NCBI RefSeq assembly: GCF_009914755.1
Contig: NC_060929.1
DNA: 64,000 nt
From: the human T2T-CHM13v2.0 reference genome, Homo sapiens
Direction: 5' to 3' (one strand)
The number at the start of each line of letters is the position of its first letter. Position 1 is the first letter of the stretch. Both the position numbers and the translations under genes were made by a program. Of this stretch, positions 13,253 through 30,546 are shown piece after piece. Below the pieces are notes generated by a model. It made no database searches. It was not told the origin of the DNA and worked only from the letters and a program-made list of their open reading frames with translations.

Positions 13253-13696
13253 GTATATATACACACACACAAATGCATACACACACATGCATATACACAC
13301 ACTTACACATACACACACACTCCCCCTCAAGATTTTAGCAGCAATTATCTGTGGTAGTTTTTATTTTCTTTTCCTGCTTCTCTGTAGTGAGCATGAATTG
13401 CTCTTGTACAAAGAAACAAAACAATACAAAGACAGTTCTTTAAACTGGTGAGCTAAAAGGAGATACATGAAATGCCAGCTTTCCAAGCATAACTCTGCAA
13501 AAGTTGGGAGTTACCTGAATTTCAATGTGGTACAATTCTGATTTAACGCATCACAATCTCTGAATTTCTTCTCTGTGTTGTCTGTGACAAGAGCTAACTT
13601 GGAGTTGCAAGGTGCATCCTAGAAGGTGGATCACTTCTCCGATAACTTTATGGGGACCTCTTGGGTACTGTCAGTCTTTACACACAGGAGAGAATA

Positions 13697-13879
13697 AGTA
13701 CTGTGCTATCAGATACAGTAGCCACTGGACACATGAGTGTAATCATATTTAAATTAATTAAAATTAAAAATGCAGTTCCTTGGCCACAGGAGTCACCTTG
13801 CAAGTGTTAAACAGCTACGTGTGGCTAGTGACTGCCATATTGGACTGCACAGATTTAGAACGTTTTCATCATCACAGAA
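13697..13879. mobile_element. MER3 (hAT-Charlie)
   Basis: tagccactggacacatg...ctacgtgtggctagtgactgccatattggac...catcacagaaagttctgctggacagtgctg. Confidence 0.8.
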
Positions 13880-14004
13880 AGTTCTGCTGGACAGTGCTGA
13901 GGTGTTTTTCAGCTTGTTCCAAATATGGCTGAGATGTCTCAAGAATAAACACATCCATTTGGCCCACGAACATGTTCTTCCTTGTTCTTGTTCTAAAAAC
14001 TCAC

Positions 14005-14946
<942 letters not shown>

Positions 14947-15121
14947 TATGACTTTTTGTAAAAAAAGTACTGTTCTAATTGGGAAACAACCTAAAAGTCT
15001 ATCCATAAGCAGGTAAGGAAATAAACTCTCACACATTCATACAGTGGACTGTGATACAGCAGTTAGAAGGAATGAATTAGATCTGGATACTAATTAAGAA
15101 AGATCTTTAAGATAAATTGTT

Positions 15122-15243
15122 GGCTGGCCACACCTGTAATCCCACCACTCTGGGAGGCTAAGGCGGGAGGAACACTTGAGCCCAGGAGTTCCAGAGCAGC
15201 CTGGGCAACACAGTGAGACCCTCATCTCTACAAACACACAAAA
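15122..15243 (+). mobile_element. Free left Alu monomer (FLAM-like)
   Basis: Single monomer flanked by TSD aaga(t/c)aaattgtt. Confidence 0.8.
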
Positions 15244-15548
15244 AAGACAAATTGTTGGGGGGAGAAACAAGTTTCAGAGCATTGCATATAGTATGAAATG
15301 TTACATTTTTTAAATCCCAAATATTCTATTTTCTATGAGTATGTGTATGGAAATACATAGAAAAAAACTGGAAGGTAATACACCAAAAAGATGAAAATAG
15401 TTCCCCATAAAGTAGGGATACGAAATTAGGGATGGTAGTCAAAAAAAATTGTTCTTAATTTTTAAAAGAAAAAGTATTCATTTATTACATGTGTAATTAA
15501 TAATTTGTAATGCTTTCTTTATTAAAATAAAAACATAAATTAGATCAT

Positions 15549-15833
15549 CTTTGGGAGGCCAAGGTGGGAGGATCACCTGAGGTCAGGAGTTCGAGACCAG
15601 TCTGGCCAACATGGTGAAACCCCGTCTCTACTAAAAATACAAAAATTAGCCGGGCATGGTGGCGTGCACTTGTATTCTCAGCTACTCGGGAGGCTGAGGC
15701 AGGAGAATCACTTGAACTCAAGAGGCGGAGGTTGCAGTGAGGCGAGATTGCGCCACTGTACTCCCGCCTGGGTGACAGAGCAAGACTCTGTCTCAGAAAA
15801 AAAAAAACAATGAAAAATGAAAAATAAAAATAA
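15549..15833 (+). mobile_element. 5'-truncated AluS
   Basis: Starts at ctttgggaggcc; TSD ataaattagatcat at 15535-15548 and 15834-15847. Confidence 0.92.
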
Positions 15834-16472
15834 ATAAATTAGATCATTTCAGTGGAGGATAAAGAGAAATATAATACAGAACAAGTTTCAATATTATAAA
15901 CTACCTAACTATAATGAGGTACTTTTTCTGTTTGTAAATCGAGCTCTCATATTCTCCCAGAGAAACAAACTTACCTCTTAAACTTTGCTTAGCTCTGAAC
16001 TCTCTAGGGCTGAAAGTAAACCCACGGGGCCAGTTCCTCTAGTTTAAGACCCTGATGAAAGAATGCCACACATGAATGTCCCTAACTCCACAGCTCCAAC
16101 CTGATTAAAGATCGTTAGTCTAATGACTTCCACCCTGTGTAACCCGTCAGCATCTCTCCCTAACCAGATCTATCTAGGTAAAGCCTCGAAATTCTTTTAT
16201 GCTTGCTGTAGGCTGAGCCTCCACTGAGATGATTGAGAATACTGTGTGTGACCTACTTAGGGGATTTCAGGGGTTGGGGAGAGAAAGAGATTTGCTTTTC
16301 ATTTGATTTTTTCCCAATCTTTTCTTCCTCAGATCATAGGAAGAAAAGATAAAATTTTAAAGGAACACGATGAAACATTTTCTCATTTTGTAATTAAAAT
16401 TTTGTGATGATTTCCTTCCAATCAGTATATTGTTACCTGGGTGACTGACTGACTACCACAATTGGCTCTCAT

Positions 16473-16484
16473 TCTCTCTCTCTG

Positions 16485-16533
<49 letters not shown>

Positions 16534-16535
16534 CA
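16473..16535. repeat. (CT)n(CA)n microsatellite
   Basis: Read directly. Confidence 0.93.
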
Positions 16536-17674
16536 TTCTCACTCCCCAGTTTTATTCTTCTTGGTTCTCTCTTCCTTTAAAACCAATACCTCTTTACCAT
16601 TCAATGAGGTACCTTACCCAAGATTTGCTCATTTATTTGTATCACATCTTACAGAGACCATTTTCACCTTTACGAACTCAGATTCTTAAAGTGGCAGGCC
16701 CTGTTTCCTTCTGAACCTTTCATGCAGAGTTTTTTTTGTTTTTTAACAAAACTCTTCTAAAGATACCAATTTACTCAGGATGCCCCAGGAACAAATGGCC
16801 CCATTTGTCACAGTGGAGAGCCGTGGCTATCAGCTTTCTCGCTGGCCACTGGCTCCTGGCCAGAGTGTCGTGCTCCTGTGCTTTCATTTATTACCTGTCT
16901 GACCATGGTGCAGTGTCCTGCAGGCTACTCATTATTCTAGATACAAATTCCATCTGCAGTGCCTTTTAAAGAATGATCTGAAGTAGCACAAGATCTCTGT
17001 TAATCAGTTAATTATTGTACATCACACAGAGAAAGGCTAACACTTAGCCAAAGAAACATCAGAATGATGCTGTGAAACCTGGTCTCTCGACAGGCTGTGT
17101 TACCATTTTGTCAAAGGGCCACTAATAAAAGATGATTGCTTGCTCATGATGAATGAATGAGAGAAACTAACAATGCCTTACAATTAGCACCCAGGGAACA
17201 CAGCCACCATTTACCATGTGCCAGGCACTGTGCTAAGTGCCTCATATATGTTACCTCCTTCAATCTTTACAACAACCCTGGGGGAGATGGGGGGTTGGGG
17301 GAGAAGCTTGTTATTAGCCTAAATTTACAGATATGGAAATTGAAATTCAGACAGTGAGAGGCTTGTAAAGATCACACAGCCAGATATCTATTAAGTACCT
17401 TCCCTGTCTCGAGTACTCTTCAAGGCACTGCAGATACAAGAGTGAAAAAAACAGGCAAAGCCACTGCCTCCATGAAGCTTACAGTCCTGAGGGGTGGGCA
17501 TGGACAAATCGTACATATAAATAAGCATGTGATATCAGATAATTGCAGGTACTATAGAGGAAATATGGAGTGGTGTGCTAGAGAGGAGCAGGGTGGTGAT
17601 GATCAAGAAAAAGCATAAGCTCAACCTGAGGAAGCTGATCGAAAAAGAAAATAATTAATTTTAAGAAAAAAGAG

Positions 17675-17950
17675 GGCCGGGTGCGGTGGCTCACGCCTAT
17701 AATCCCTGCACTTTGGGAGGTCAAGACGATCACTTGAGGTCAGGAATTTGAGAGCAGTCTGGCCAACGTGGTGAAACCCTGTCTCCACCAAAAATACAAA
17801 AATTAACCAGGCACAGTGGCACGAAGGCTGAGGTGGGACAATTGCTTCAACCCGGGAGGTGGAGGTTGCAGTGAGCCCAGATTGCGCCATTGCACTCCAG
17901 CCTGGGCAACAGAGTAAGACTCTGTCTAAAAAATTAATAAATAAATAAAA
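17675..17950 (+). mobile_element. AluS with internal deletions, inside an L2
   Basis: Alu start, deleted part of right arm, (AATA)n tail; flanks resemble L2. Confidence 0.85.
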
Positions 17951-18297
17951 ATAAGGAAAGAAAAAAGAGAGAAAGCTGCTCGTTGAGATCATGGGCTGAA
18001 ACTTGAGTGACTAGAAGGAGCCAGCCCTGCAGGAATCTGGGGGAAAGCATTCCAGGCAGCAAGGACAGTAAATGCAAAGACCCTGAGATAGGAATGCATT
18101 TGACATGAGTGACATGGAAAATGGCAGCCAGAGTGCTGGACTGCACAGAAGCAGGAGGAGAGAGGTGGCAGATGATGTCAGACAGGAAGGAAGCATGTAT
18201 ATCCTGTGAGGCCTTGTAGGTCATGATAGAAAGGTTAGCATTTTCTCTAAATGCTATTGAAAATCATGGGGGGGTTTTGGAAAGGGAAATAATGTAA

Positions 18298-18623
<326 letters not shown>

Positions 18624-19635
18624 CGATTTCTGTTTTTAAAGACTTCATTGGGTAAGTGGAGGATGGATTGTAGAGGCTTAAGGGTAGAGACAGGGAAGTC
18701 AGTTGTGAGGCTGAGGCCGTGGTCCAGAAGAGATGATGGTAACTTTCGATTGCATTCTGTTCTTACCTATAAAAATCTAGACCATCCAGGAAAAAGCCTG
18801 ATCCGGGATTTACAGAGAATTCCCTGGTAAATTGACATGAGGCTTCTCCAGGATTTATCCCACCTCATGCTGAATGCATACAAACTGTGTGACACTTATT
18901 TCTCTTTAAATAAACTTTTTATTGAAGTATGACATGCATACAGAAAAGAGCACCAATCAGAAGGGATGGCCGTGTCAATATTCACAAAATGAACACATCC
19001 CGGTAAGCAGCACCAAAATAAGAAAGAAAAGATTACCAGTACCCGCAAAGCCTCCCCATTTCTCCTTCCAGTCCATCTCTGGCATTCCAAGTGTGTGTCT
19101 GTCACATGTTTTGCCAGAATGACGTGCTGTAAATCCATATTCTCAGTCTTGCTTATCTCATGACCTCTTTTTCTAAACCAAAAGTTGCATGCCTTCTGCA
19201 ATCAGAGATTTCTGATACCACCAGCCACGATGATTTGAATTTTGTATTCTGTGATGTATATTATGAAAACAATTAAAATTATAGTATAATATTGAATATG
19301 CTTAGATTCTATTGTTCCCTCTCTTAAGAATCAGAGCTCATACATAAACATGGCATAGATTCTGGAAAGCCTGCAGGTTACCTTGTCTAGAATCATCTGG
19401 AATCCAATGGCACAGAGTGTAGGACCACGACACATGAGTTTGCAGCATAGAACAAAGACATGATTTCAGGGCTTTGTCCAGAAGACAAGACACTGGTGGA
19501 GAACTAATATTGACTGAGCACTTATGATGTCCCTAGCAGTGAGCTAGGTGTTTCAGTACGTTATCTTATTTAATCTTCACAACCCTTTGAGGATGGCATA
19601 ATTGTTTCCATTGTACAAATAAGAGAACCATAGTT

Positions 19636-19942
19636 AGCTGGGTGCGGTGGCTCACATCTGTAATCCCAGCACTTTGGGAGGCCGAGGTGGGCAGATCACC
19701 TGAGGTCAGGAGTTCAAGACCAGCCTGGCCAACATGGCGAAACCCTATCTCTACTAAATAATAGAAAAATTAGCGAGGTGTGGTGTGGATGCCTGTAATC
19801 CCAGCTAGTCCAGAGGCTGAGGCAGGGAGAATTGCTTGAACCTGAGAGGCAGAGGTTGCAATGATACAAGATCGCACCACCGCACTCTAGCCTGGGCAAC
19901 AGAGCGAAACTCCATCTTAAAAAAAAAAGAAAAGAAAAGAAA
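19636..19942 (+). mobile_element. AluS inserted in a MIR
   Basis: Dimeric Alu; MIR continues on both sides (ttatttaatcttcacaac ... ctcagaaaggtaaaataattgacccaag). Confidence 0.9.
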
Positions 19943-21409
19943 ACCATGGCTCAGAAAGGTAAAATAATTGACCCAAGTTCTCAGGGCTCATAAGTGGCAG
20001 AGCTGAGCTTGCAACTAGCTCTGTCTGCCACCAAATCCCATGCTTATTTCACTCAACCAATGCAGCCTCTATAGCATTTTTTTTCATTTGATCTGCATGA
20101 AATAGATTGAAGTATTGGCCTCAATACTTGGTTGTTGCAATAAGCCTCATTTCTTTTAATGGTTTCCCTTTTACATTCTTTTTTTCAATACACTGGCTTT
20201 CAAATTAACGCTAAAGCTATTCATAAATGAAATGGGGGACCTGGCTATGACTTTGCTTCTTTCCAGAAAGCAAAGGCTCTTTAAGCTTGAAGACGTTGAA
20301 TGCTTGCTGTAAATCCAGGAAAGAAATGAATGAGCACAATTTAAATCTCTCCAGCCTAGAGTCTGGCCACGTGAGGGACACGGGAGCTACATTGCATCAC
20401 CATATTATCCGTTATTGAGAAAGGAGCCAGCAATTAGCACAAAAATTTAGCTTAACCACGTTAACATCTCTGGGAGAGGGATTCACATTCTCTGGCTTTC
20501 TGCAAGCTCTTCCAAGCTCCAGCTGTCCCTGGATTCTTTGGCTTTGCGTCATGAAGGGAATTGATTTGATCAATTACATTGCTGCTGTCTAATTAGTAAG
20601 CATGGCCACACTGGCCCATCGGTTTCACAGAGATTAAACTTGGAATCCTGACTGCAGACCGATTTTCATAGCTGAAAGTCTCTGTACCTTCATCCTCAAT
20701 CCATACCAGTTCCCTGGAGTTAATCATAACAGGACTTTGACCCAGGGCTGGAGGCATGTTCTCTAAGTCCAGACAACAGGGCTTCTGGAGTCCTCCTGCA
20801 TTACAGCACAGATTATTTTGTGAAAGCTCCGCAGGTTAAGAAGCTGGACCTTTTCACACATGCTATGCACTGCCCTTCAAAGCACTTTATGCTCACCCTT
20901 TCATTTGAGTTTCCTGGTATCTCAACAAGGAAAGAAAATATAACTCTCATTTCAACATGAAGAAAGGAACCTTCACAAAAATGATGATTCAAAGCCACAA
21001 AGCGTTTTTCAACAGAAATCAGTCATCATGTTTTCAAAAAGTAACTTTTACTGGGTTAGTTAACGTTTTATTACAAGAAGTTATATGCGTGTTTTCATTG
21101 TAGAAAATTTAAAAGAATCAGAAAAACAAAAAAAGATAGTAAAAAGCCACCCCTTAAACATAACCACTGAAATGTTGAAAACATATTTATTCAGCCATTT
21201 TTCTATGGCATATCAAATGTACTATTTTGTAACCTGTTCTTTGTCTCTTGACGTATTATGAACACGTTTCTAATCATATTCACTTAGTTAATTTTTACTG
21301 GTTGAATTGTATGTGTCATTAAGCCAGTCACTTATGTTGAATATTTGGGGTTGTTTCCAATTTTTAGTTATGATAAATAATGTGCCAATAAAATCCTTAT
21401 ATCTAAATA

Positions 21410-21655
21410 ATAATAACATTTATTGAGTATTTATTTTGTCTCAGATACTGTACTAAGTGTTTTACATGTATTATCTCATTTAACCCTTCCAAGAACCCTA
21501 TGGATAAATAATATTATCTCCATTTTATAGATGAGGGAACTGAGTCCTAGAGAGAGGTTAAGTAACTTACCCACAGTGACATAGATAATAAGTAGTGATG
21601 TTAAAATTTAATTCAAGTCAGCCTGACTGCAGAGCTAGCACACTTAACCACTAAG
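21410..21655 (-). mobile_element. MIR
   Basis: aataataacatttattgag...ccattttatagatgagggaactgag...gaggttaagtaacttacccac. Confidence 0.85.
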
Positions 21656-22857
21656 ACAAATTCTTAAAATTGTAATTTCAGGGAAACTAAATACATAAAA
21701 CTGTAAGGCTTTTGAATCACCTTACTCAATTACCCTCCAGAAAGCATATTCCAATTTATACTCCTACCCTCAATGTATGAATGCCCATTCATTCACATCA
21801 TCATCAACATGGGGTACTACTCAATTTGTATTGTTCATTAGGGAAAAATGAAGCCCAATCTTCTGATAGCTCATTCACGCTTTTAGAGCATGCATGCAAC
21901 ATGGTTCCTGATCAAAACAGTGATTTTCTCTAAATCAATGGCTCTTATCCTTTTTTTGGTACATGGGCGCTTTTGAAAATCTGAGGGAAGCTATGAAACA
22001 GCTACGCAGAAAATGTACATATGCACATCAAATAACCTCTTATTTTTCAGTGGCTCACAAACACCATTAAGAACTTCTGGGCTTGCCAGAGGATTGATGC
22101 ATCAACAACATGAAAACTAAAACTAAAAGCAGGACTAATACACTCATTCTTCAAATGCTGGTCTTGCCAGATTGTTCTTTTAAACAATCCTGAAGCATAA
22201 GAAACCAGATCAGGAGACACTGGAATGAAATGCCCAGGCACTATAACAGTGTATTTGCCATGTAGTAGGAGGTACTAGGTCAAGACTCTCCTGAGGTCAT
22301 GCTGTCCTCCACTAAGATCAGCAAGATCTCAGAGCAGATGGACCGGCCGGCACCAGCCTGCCTCCATTTGTGCACTTCAGCAGCCTCAGAAGAATAAGTG
22401 TTGGATTCTCTTGCCAAATGCACTTCTTCACACGCTGGCGTTTTTCATTATGTCCTCTTGCATCCTGTTCCTTTATGGCTTGCAAAGCCTCATCCCAGAT
22501 AAGTCAAACCTCCACCAACCCTACCCACTCCCCTCCTGTCACAAGCAGTGGATCAGGGCAAGCAGGGAAGAGAGAGTGAGGTCCAGGGCCTCGCCTGTCC
22601 ATCTGCTCTGAATGCTGTTGTGCCAGGCAGATCTTTCTGTGAGCCCTCCTTGACCAGAGCACGTGCTCCCTGGGAGGAATGGGGCAGTTTTTTGTAATGA
22701 TCCATCAGGGAAGTTTTCTGTAATAATCCATTGAGGCTCAGTGACATTTCAGGATTAGGGGTGAAACATCTGGTTCCAGCTTGCAAGGAAGGAGGCGGAC
22801 AGAGGAATTAGCAAGCTTAAGTGATCTGCCCTTTTGGGTGACCCTAGTGGAGAATTT

Positions 22858-24146
<1,289 letters not shown>

Positions 24147-24724
24147 CCCTAGTGGAGAATTTAGCACGGTCTGGATGGATAGACGAGACCACTGTGAGAC
24201 AGGGGCAAAGAATGCAGTCTGCTCCTCGGGCCGGAACCTGAGCTGCCCTGGCCTGGCTACCCACCCATAGCCACCTTTGGGGTCTCACTGTGCACAAAAC
24301 CACCTCATCCTAGTCAGAAATACGGAGCAGAGTGGTGAGGGGAACAAGGGCTGTTGTGCCCTTTTATTGTCTGGCTTAGTTCTATCTTTTCATCCCTGCT
24401 TATATTTTCCATCCTTTGAAAACTCACTCTTTGCTCTGTCCTCTCACTTTTGTTGCTGGCATTGCTCGTCCACAGATCATGGAAGGATTTGTGAGTTAGG
24501 CATCTCTTCTCCCTCCACCTTCTTGGAGGCCCAGAACTGACTTTCACAAGGCCTGGAGATGGCAAAAGGATGACTTTTCAATTCTAAATTATTACAGTTT
24601 CTCCTGGATTTGGCTGGGAAAATGAGTCATCTGAAAACTAGTGTATTCACAGTCAAACGCTTATCCCCTACACTTTTCAGTCCCCTGTGTAATCTGCTAT
24701 ACTTTCTTAAATTGCCTTTTGGTA

Positions 24725-25062
24725 CAGGAGGCCCTTCTTATTCTTGGGGGATATGTTTCAAGAACCCCAGTGGATGCCTAAAACCGTAGATAGTACCTAA
24801 CCCTATATACACTATGTTTTTCCAACGCATACATATCTACAATAAAGCTTAATTTATAAATTAGGCACAGTATGAGGTTAAGAATAATAATAATAAAATA
24901 GAATGAGTGTAATAATATACTGTAATAAAAGCTATCTGAACGTGGTCTCACTCGCTCTCTCAAAACATCTTATTGTATGTAATATAATATTTTTGGACTG
25001 CAGTTGACCTCAGGTAACTGAAAGCATGGATGGCGAAACTGTGGATATGGGGGAAACTACTG
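24725..25062 (-). mobile_element. MER44A-like Tigger non-autonomous element
   Basis: TA|caggaggcccttcttattc ... ggatatgggggaaactactg termini, about 338 bp, internal ccccagtggatgcctaaaacc. Confidence 0.8.
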
Positions 25063-25655
25063 TCCTTGGCTTCCTAGTGGCCTGCCTCACCAGGTTAAAA
25101 CAGCAGCACATGGGAGAGCAGGAGCTCATGGGTTGTACTGAGATAGCTCCATGACTGAGTAAATTACTTCTCTTATAAGTGTCGATTTCAACATCTGTAA
25201 AATGGGGGCAGTTAATTGCATCTCCCACCTAGAATTGTGTTGGGTATGAATGAGAGGTGCATGTTAGGGGTTATTACAGTGCTTGCCACCTATAAGCTCT
25301 CTGTACATGATAACTACTCTTATTGTCATTGTTATTGTTATAAAATTCAGATCCCCACTATCTTCTGTATTTTTCTTTGAATTTTGTCATAAAGACAGAG
25401 TCCATTTCTAATTATTGTGAGAATCAGCACACATTCTCCACCTTCTCTGTAATCAGGACACTGCGTAAGAAGCCAGGCCTCCCCTCTCAAGAGCTGAATA
25501 ACCTTCTTACATTATAGGCTTTCTGAAACACACTTGCCCTGTTGCAGTTACACAGGGGGGATGCTATTTCCTGCCCTTCCAGCTCCTATGTCCTCAAAAC
25601 ATGTGAATATGGAATCACTTTTATAGGAACTTTCTTTGAAAGTGACAATGTCAAG

Positions 25656-25958
25656 AGCTGGATGTGGTGGCTCACATCTGTAATCCCAGCACTTTGGGAG
25701 GCCAAGGCAGGTGGATCACCTGAGGTCGGAAATTCGAGACTAGCCTGGCCAAGATGGCAAAACCCCATCTCTACTAAAAATACAAAATTAGCTGGGAGTG
25801 ATAGCACACACCTGTAATCCCAGCTACTCAGCAGACTGAGGCAGGAGAATCACTTGAACCTGGGAGGCAGAGTTTGCAGTGAGCCGATCGTGCCACCGCA
25901 CTCTAGCCTGGGCAACAGAATAAGACTCTGTCTCAGAAAAATAAAAAATAAAAAAAAA
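25656..25958 (+). mobile_element. AluS
   Basis: Dimeric Alu; TSD agtg(a/g)caatgtcaa. Confidence 0.9.
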
Positions 25959-26744
25959 GATAGTGGCAATGTCAAATAATGCCTCCTTTCCAAACTATCC
26001 CCACCACACATCTCTCCATCCCTGCGTGTAACCAGCACCTCCCCATCTTCTTCTAGACACCCCCACACTGAGTGTTCCAAGGGAGTCACAAGTCTCCAGT
26101 CTGTGGCAATCAGCACTGGGGTGTGGAAGGGCCAGTAGCTCTGGGTCGGGCCTCAAATTGAAGCCTGTCTCTACCACTGTGTAATCTTGAGCAAATTCCT
26201 TAATCAGGCTGAGCTGGCATTGTTTCATCTATAAAATGGGCTAATAATTATACCCATCTCAGAGGCTTGTGAGGACTGAATAATTAGTGAAATCTCCTTG
26301 CTTCCTGAATCAGTGTTAATCTCCTTGCTCAGATGCAGGCATCTAAGAGATGTTCAATACAGACTTGCTGTGAAGGGGAGCAAAGCTCGGGGACCTCCTG
26401 CTGAGGGCGATAATCCAAAACCTATGCCAAATTGAGAATGGAGCATTTATCTATGTGAAAAGAGCTGGTGAAAAAAAAAAGAAAGAAAATGAAAGCCATT
26501 TTCTACCATCACCATTCCCAACTCTCTCTCCCCGGCTGCCTCTCAACAAGGCTGACACCAAAGCTGCCAGGAGACAGGACAGAAATGCTCGCCTGAAAAG
26601 AGACATAAGAAAAGTGACAAAAGACATTTATATGAATTTGGAACTCCTGAAGCAAACTGGGAGGGAAATGGAGAGGAACAGAGATGGGAATGGACAAGGA
26701 GGGGGTCAGCGAGATCCGCATCAATAGTTCTCCTCCATGCTTGG

Positions 26745-27105
26745 TGTCTGAATCAGCTCCGGCTGCTGTAACAAGGTACCTTAGACCAGGTGGCTTATCA
26801 ACAACAGAAATTTATTCCTCACAGTTCTGGAGGCTGGAAGTCCGAGATCAGGGTGCTGGTATGGTCAGGTTCTGGTGAGGGCTGTCTTCCAAGTTGCAGA
26901 CAGATGCCTTCCTGTTGTGGCCTTACATGGGATAAAGATGGGGAGGAAGCTCTCTGGGATCTCTTTTATAAGGGTATGAATCCCATTCATGAGGGCTCCA
27001 CCCTCGTGACCTAATTACCTCCCAAAGGCCCCACCTCCTGATACCATCACATGGCAGGATAGGACTTCAACAAATGGATTTTAGGAGGACAATCATTCCA
27101 TTGCG
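26745..27105 (-). mobile_element. MaLR solo LTR (MLT1A-like)
   Basis: ggctgctgtaacaagg...cacagttctggaggctggaagtccgagatcagg...; 5-bp TSD cttgg at 26740-26744 and 27106-27110. Confidence 0.88.
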
Positions 27106-28537
27106 CTTGGTATGAGTGATTTTTCTCTTATGGAATCACTGCCTCTGTGTGGTGCAAATAGAGGAGGCCACCAAGGGAAATGGAGCCCATGAGTCAGGAG
27201 AGGCCACAAGGAAGGTAGTGTCCCTGCCCTACAACAGGAATCGGGGGACTCCAAGGGAGGATTTTGAACTTCCAGGGTTATGGGAAAGGGATACAGGAGA
27301 CAATCTCACCTAACTTTCAAGGAGTAGGAAGGCCTCCTCCACCTGGCATCCAAGCTACCATATGTAGCCAGCACAGGCAATAACACCGAACACATTCAGA
27401 CTTTTATCATTGAGATTCTCAGAAAACATTCTTGTATGGCCACAGTAAGCCCACCCAGCTGGGTGTCCTACAGGACATCTTCAAGTTGTACTGCTACCTG
27501 GAAGGTTTCCCCGCTGTAAGGAGACTTTGAGGGCTGGAATTTCGGGGTCATTTATGGCATGCCGGTAGACCTAGACTGAGAAGCAAGATAAGGGTTCATC
27601 TTGCTGGAACCTGGAGAATGGCATGCATTCAGCAGCAAAGACTAATCATTTCATTATACAATATTTATGATGCCAGGCAATGTGCTTAGCCTTCAGGATA
27701 CCGAAAGACAAGAAAGGGCTCTGGTGAGAAGACAAGACACCCTGGAGATGGTGTACCAGCGTCATTCACTCTGTATTGGAGAAGTCCTGAGGGCTGCGGG
27801 TGTCAAGGAAGGTATGAGTCCCATATGTGGCCTCCTCAGGGAGGAATGTGTGCCAGACTGAGCCAAACAAGCGAGAGGTGACACAGAGCCATCCAGGGGT
27901 CCAGACATAACCTTAACCTGTCATATCAGTTTGGATGCAGGAAAAGTTTTGATGCACACCAGCGAAAGGACAGAACAAAGGGATGAGTCAGAAAGAAGAG
28001 GGCAGGGAAATCAGCGAACAGCTGCTGAGAGGAGAGATGAAAGGGACTGCATGGAGCCTAATGGTCTAAGTGGCCCAATCTCAATGTTTTACCATCTGAT
28101 TCCCCAAGGCTGGAAATTGTCCCTGTTCTCTTGTAGAGCCTTTCATCCTAAGACACCTGTGCCTCTCTGCCAGCCAGCAGGTTCATCTACTGCTTAGGAA
28201 GGAAGGATTCAGTGCTGTGTGGCCTGTTTGTCCTAGGCTCAAAGAAACTCTGGCTGGAGAAATATCTGCACCTTTTTCCCTAATTTCCATTCTACCTCTA
28301 AAAGCTGAACACAAGGCTAAGAGTCAGAGAAGGAGGGGGCCCTGGTAGCTAATGCGACCCCCTTGTTTTGTACATGGAGAAGCTGGAGCCCAGAAAGGCC
28401 ATGACCCAGCTTGAAGGTCTACCAGCTACTAGCCCTCTTCTAGCTCTTTTCCCATCCCTATATTTTTGACCTTTGTCTCTCCCTCAATCTTTCTCTTTGT
28501 CTCTCTCTCTCTCTCTGATTACCAAAGAAATATTTGA

Positions 28538-28836
28538 GGCCAGGCATAATGGCTCCTGCGTGTAATCCCAGCATTTTGGGAGGCTGAGGCAGGAGGATCA
28601 CTTGAGCCCAAGGTTTTGAGACCAGCCTGGGCAACTTAGGGGAGATCCCATCTCTACAAAAAAGTTTTCAATTGGCCAGGCCTGGTGACACTGAGTAGTC
28701 CCAGCTACTCAGAAGACTGAGGCAGGAGAATCTCTTGAGCCCAGGAGTTTGAGGCTGCAGCAAGCTATGATCACATCACTGCACACCAGCCTGGATGACA
28801 GGAGGAGACCCGTTTCAAAGTAAACAAACAACAAAA
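28538..28836 (+). mobile_element. AluJ
   Basis: Diverged dimeric Alu. Confidence 0.87.
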
Positions 28837-29437
28837 ATGTTCATTGCAAAAAGAATTTTAAATACAAAGTGAAAATGTTCACATAAACACATTCCAGAGA
28901 TAACAGCTATGAACAGTTTGGTGTATACTCACCCAGATTTCCAAATTTTATTTTTTTGTTGGCTGTAACTATACCAAAACACACACACAGAGGTTTTTTT
29001 AATAGAAATCCAAAGCATTCTAAGCATTCTTCCCTGAAATTTGCTTTTTTGCTACTTAATTTTGTTATGGACATCATCCCATTGTTGACAGCTTACCATT
29101 TTAATAAATGTATGGTTTTTCATTATGTAAATGCTACATGATTTCACAATCCCCTATTGTTAAAAATTTTAATTATTTCCTATTTGTGGAAAGCATTACT
29201 GCAATTTTTTATACTGTCATCTTTGCTGTCTTTCAAGAATACTTACGTAGGCTAAATTTCTGAATGTCAAATACTTAGATCAAAAGCCATGCTCATTTTA
29301 ATTTTATTAGGTAATGCCAGTTTTCCACCCAAAATTTACATCTCCGCCCAGAATATATGACAATGTCTGTTTTCCCACACACTTGCCAAATTGAGCATAA
29401 GCACTTTTTAAAATATCTTCCACAAAAATATACCTAA

Positions 29438-29764
<327 letters not shown>

Positions 29765-29798
29765 TAATTTACATTATTTATTTTGTAAAGAAATTTCA

Positions 29799-30100
29799 GG
29801 CCAGGCATGGTGGCTCACTCCCATAATCCCAGCACTTTGAAAGACTGAAGTGGGCAGATCACTTGAGCCCAGGAGTTTGAGACCAGCTGGGGCAACATGG
29901 TGAAACTCTGTCTCTACCAAAAAAATACAAAAATTAGCTGGGTGCCATTGTGCGCACCTTTAGTTCAGCAACTCTGTAAGCTGAGGTGGGAGGATCACTT
30001 GAGCCCAGGAGGTGGAGGCTGCAGTGAGCTGAGATCATGCAACTGCGCTCCAATCTGGGCAATAGAGTGAGAGACTCTGTCTCAAAAAAAAAAAAAAAAA
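29799..30100 (+). mobile_element. AluJ
   Basis: Dimeric Alu with poly(A). Confidence 0.9.
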
Positions 30101-30231
30101 ATTATATTTTTCATTAATTCATTGGGTGTCAATTATACTTACTCTTCTTATTTGTTTATTCATATGATTTAGTTTTCTATTGAGTTTTCTCTTATTTATT
30201 TGAAAGAGAGCTTTGTGTGTTAGAAATATCA

Positions 30232-30546
<315 letters not shown>

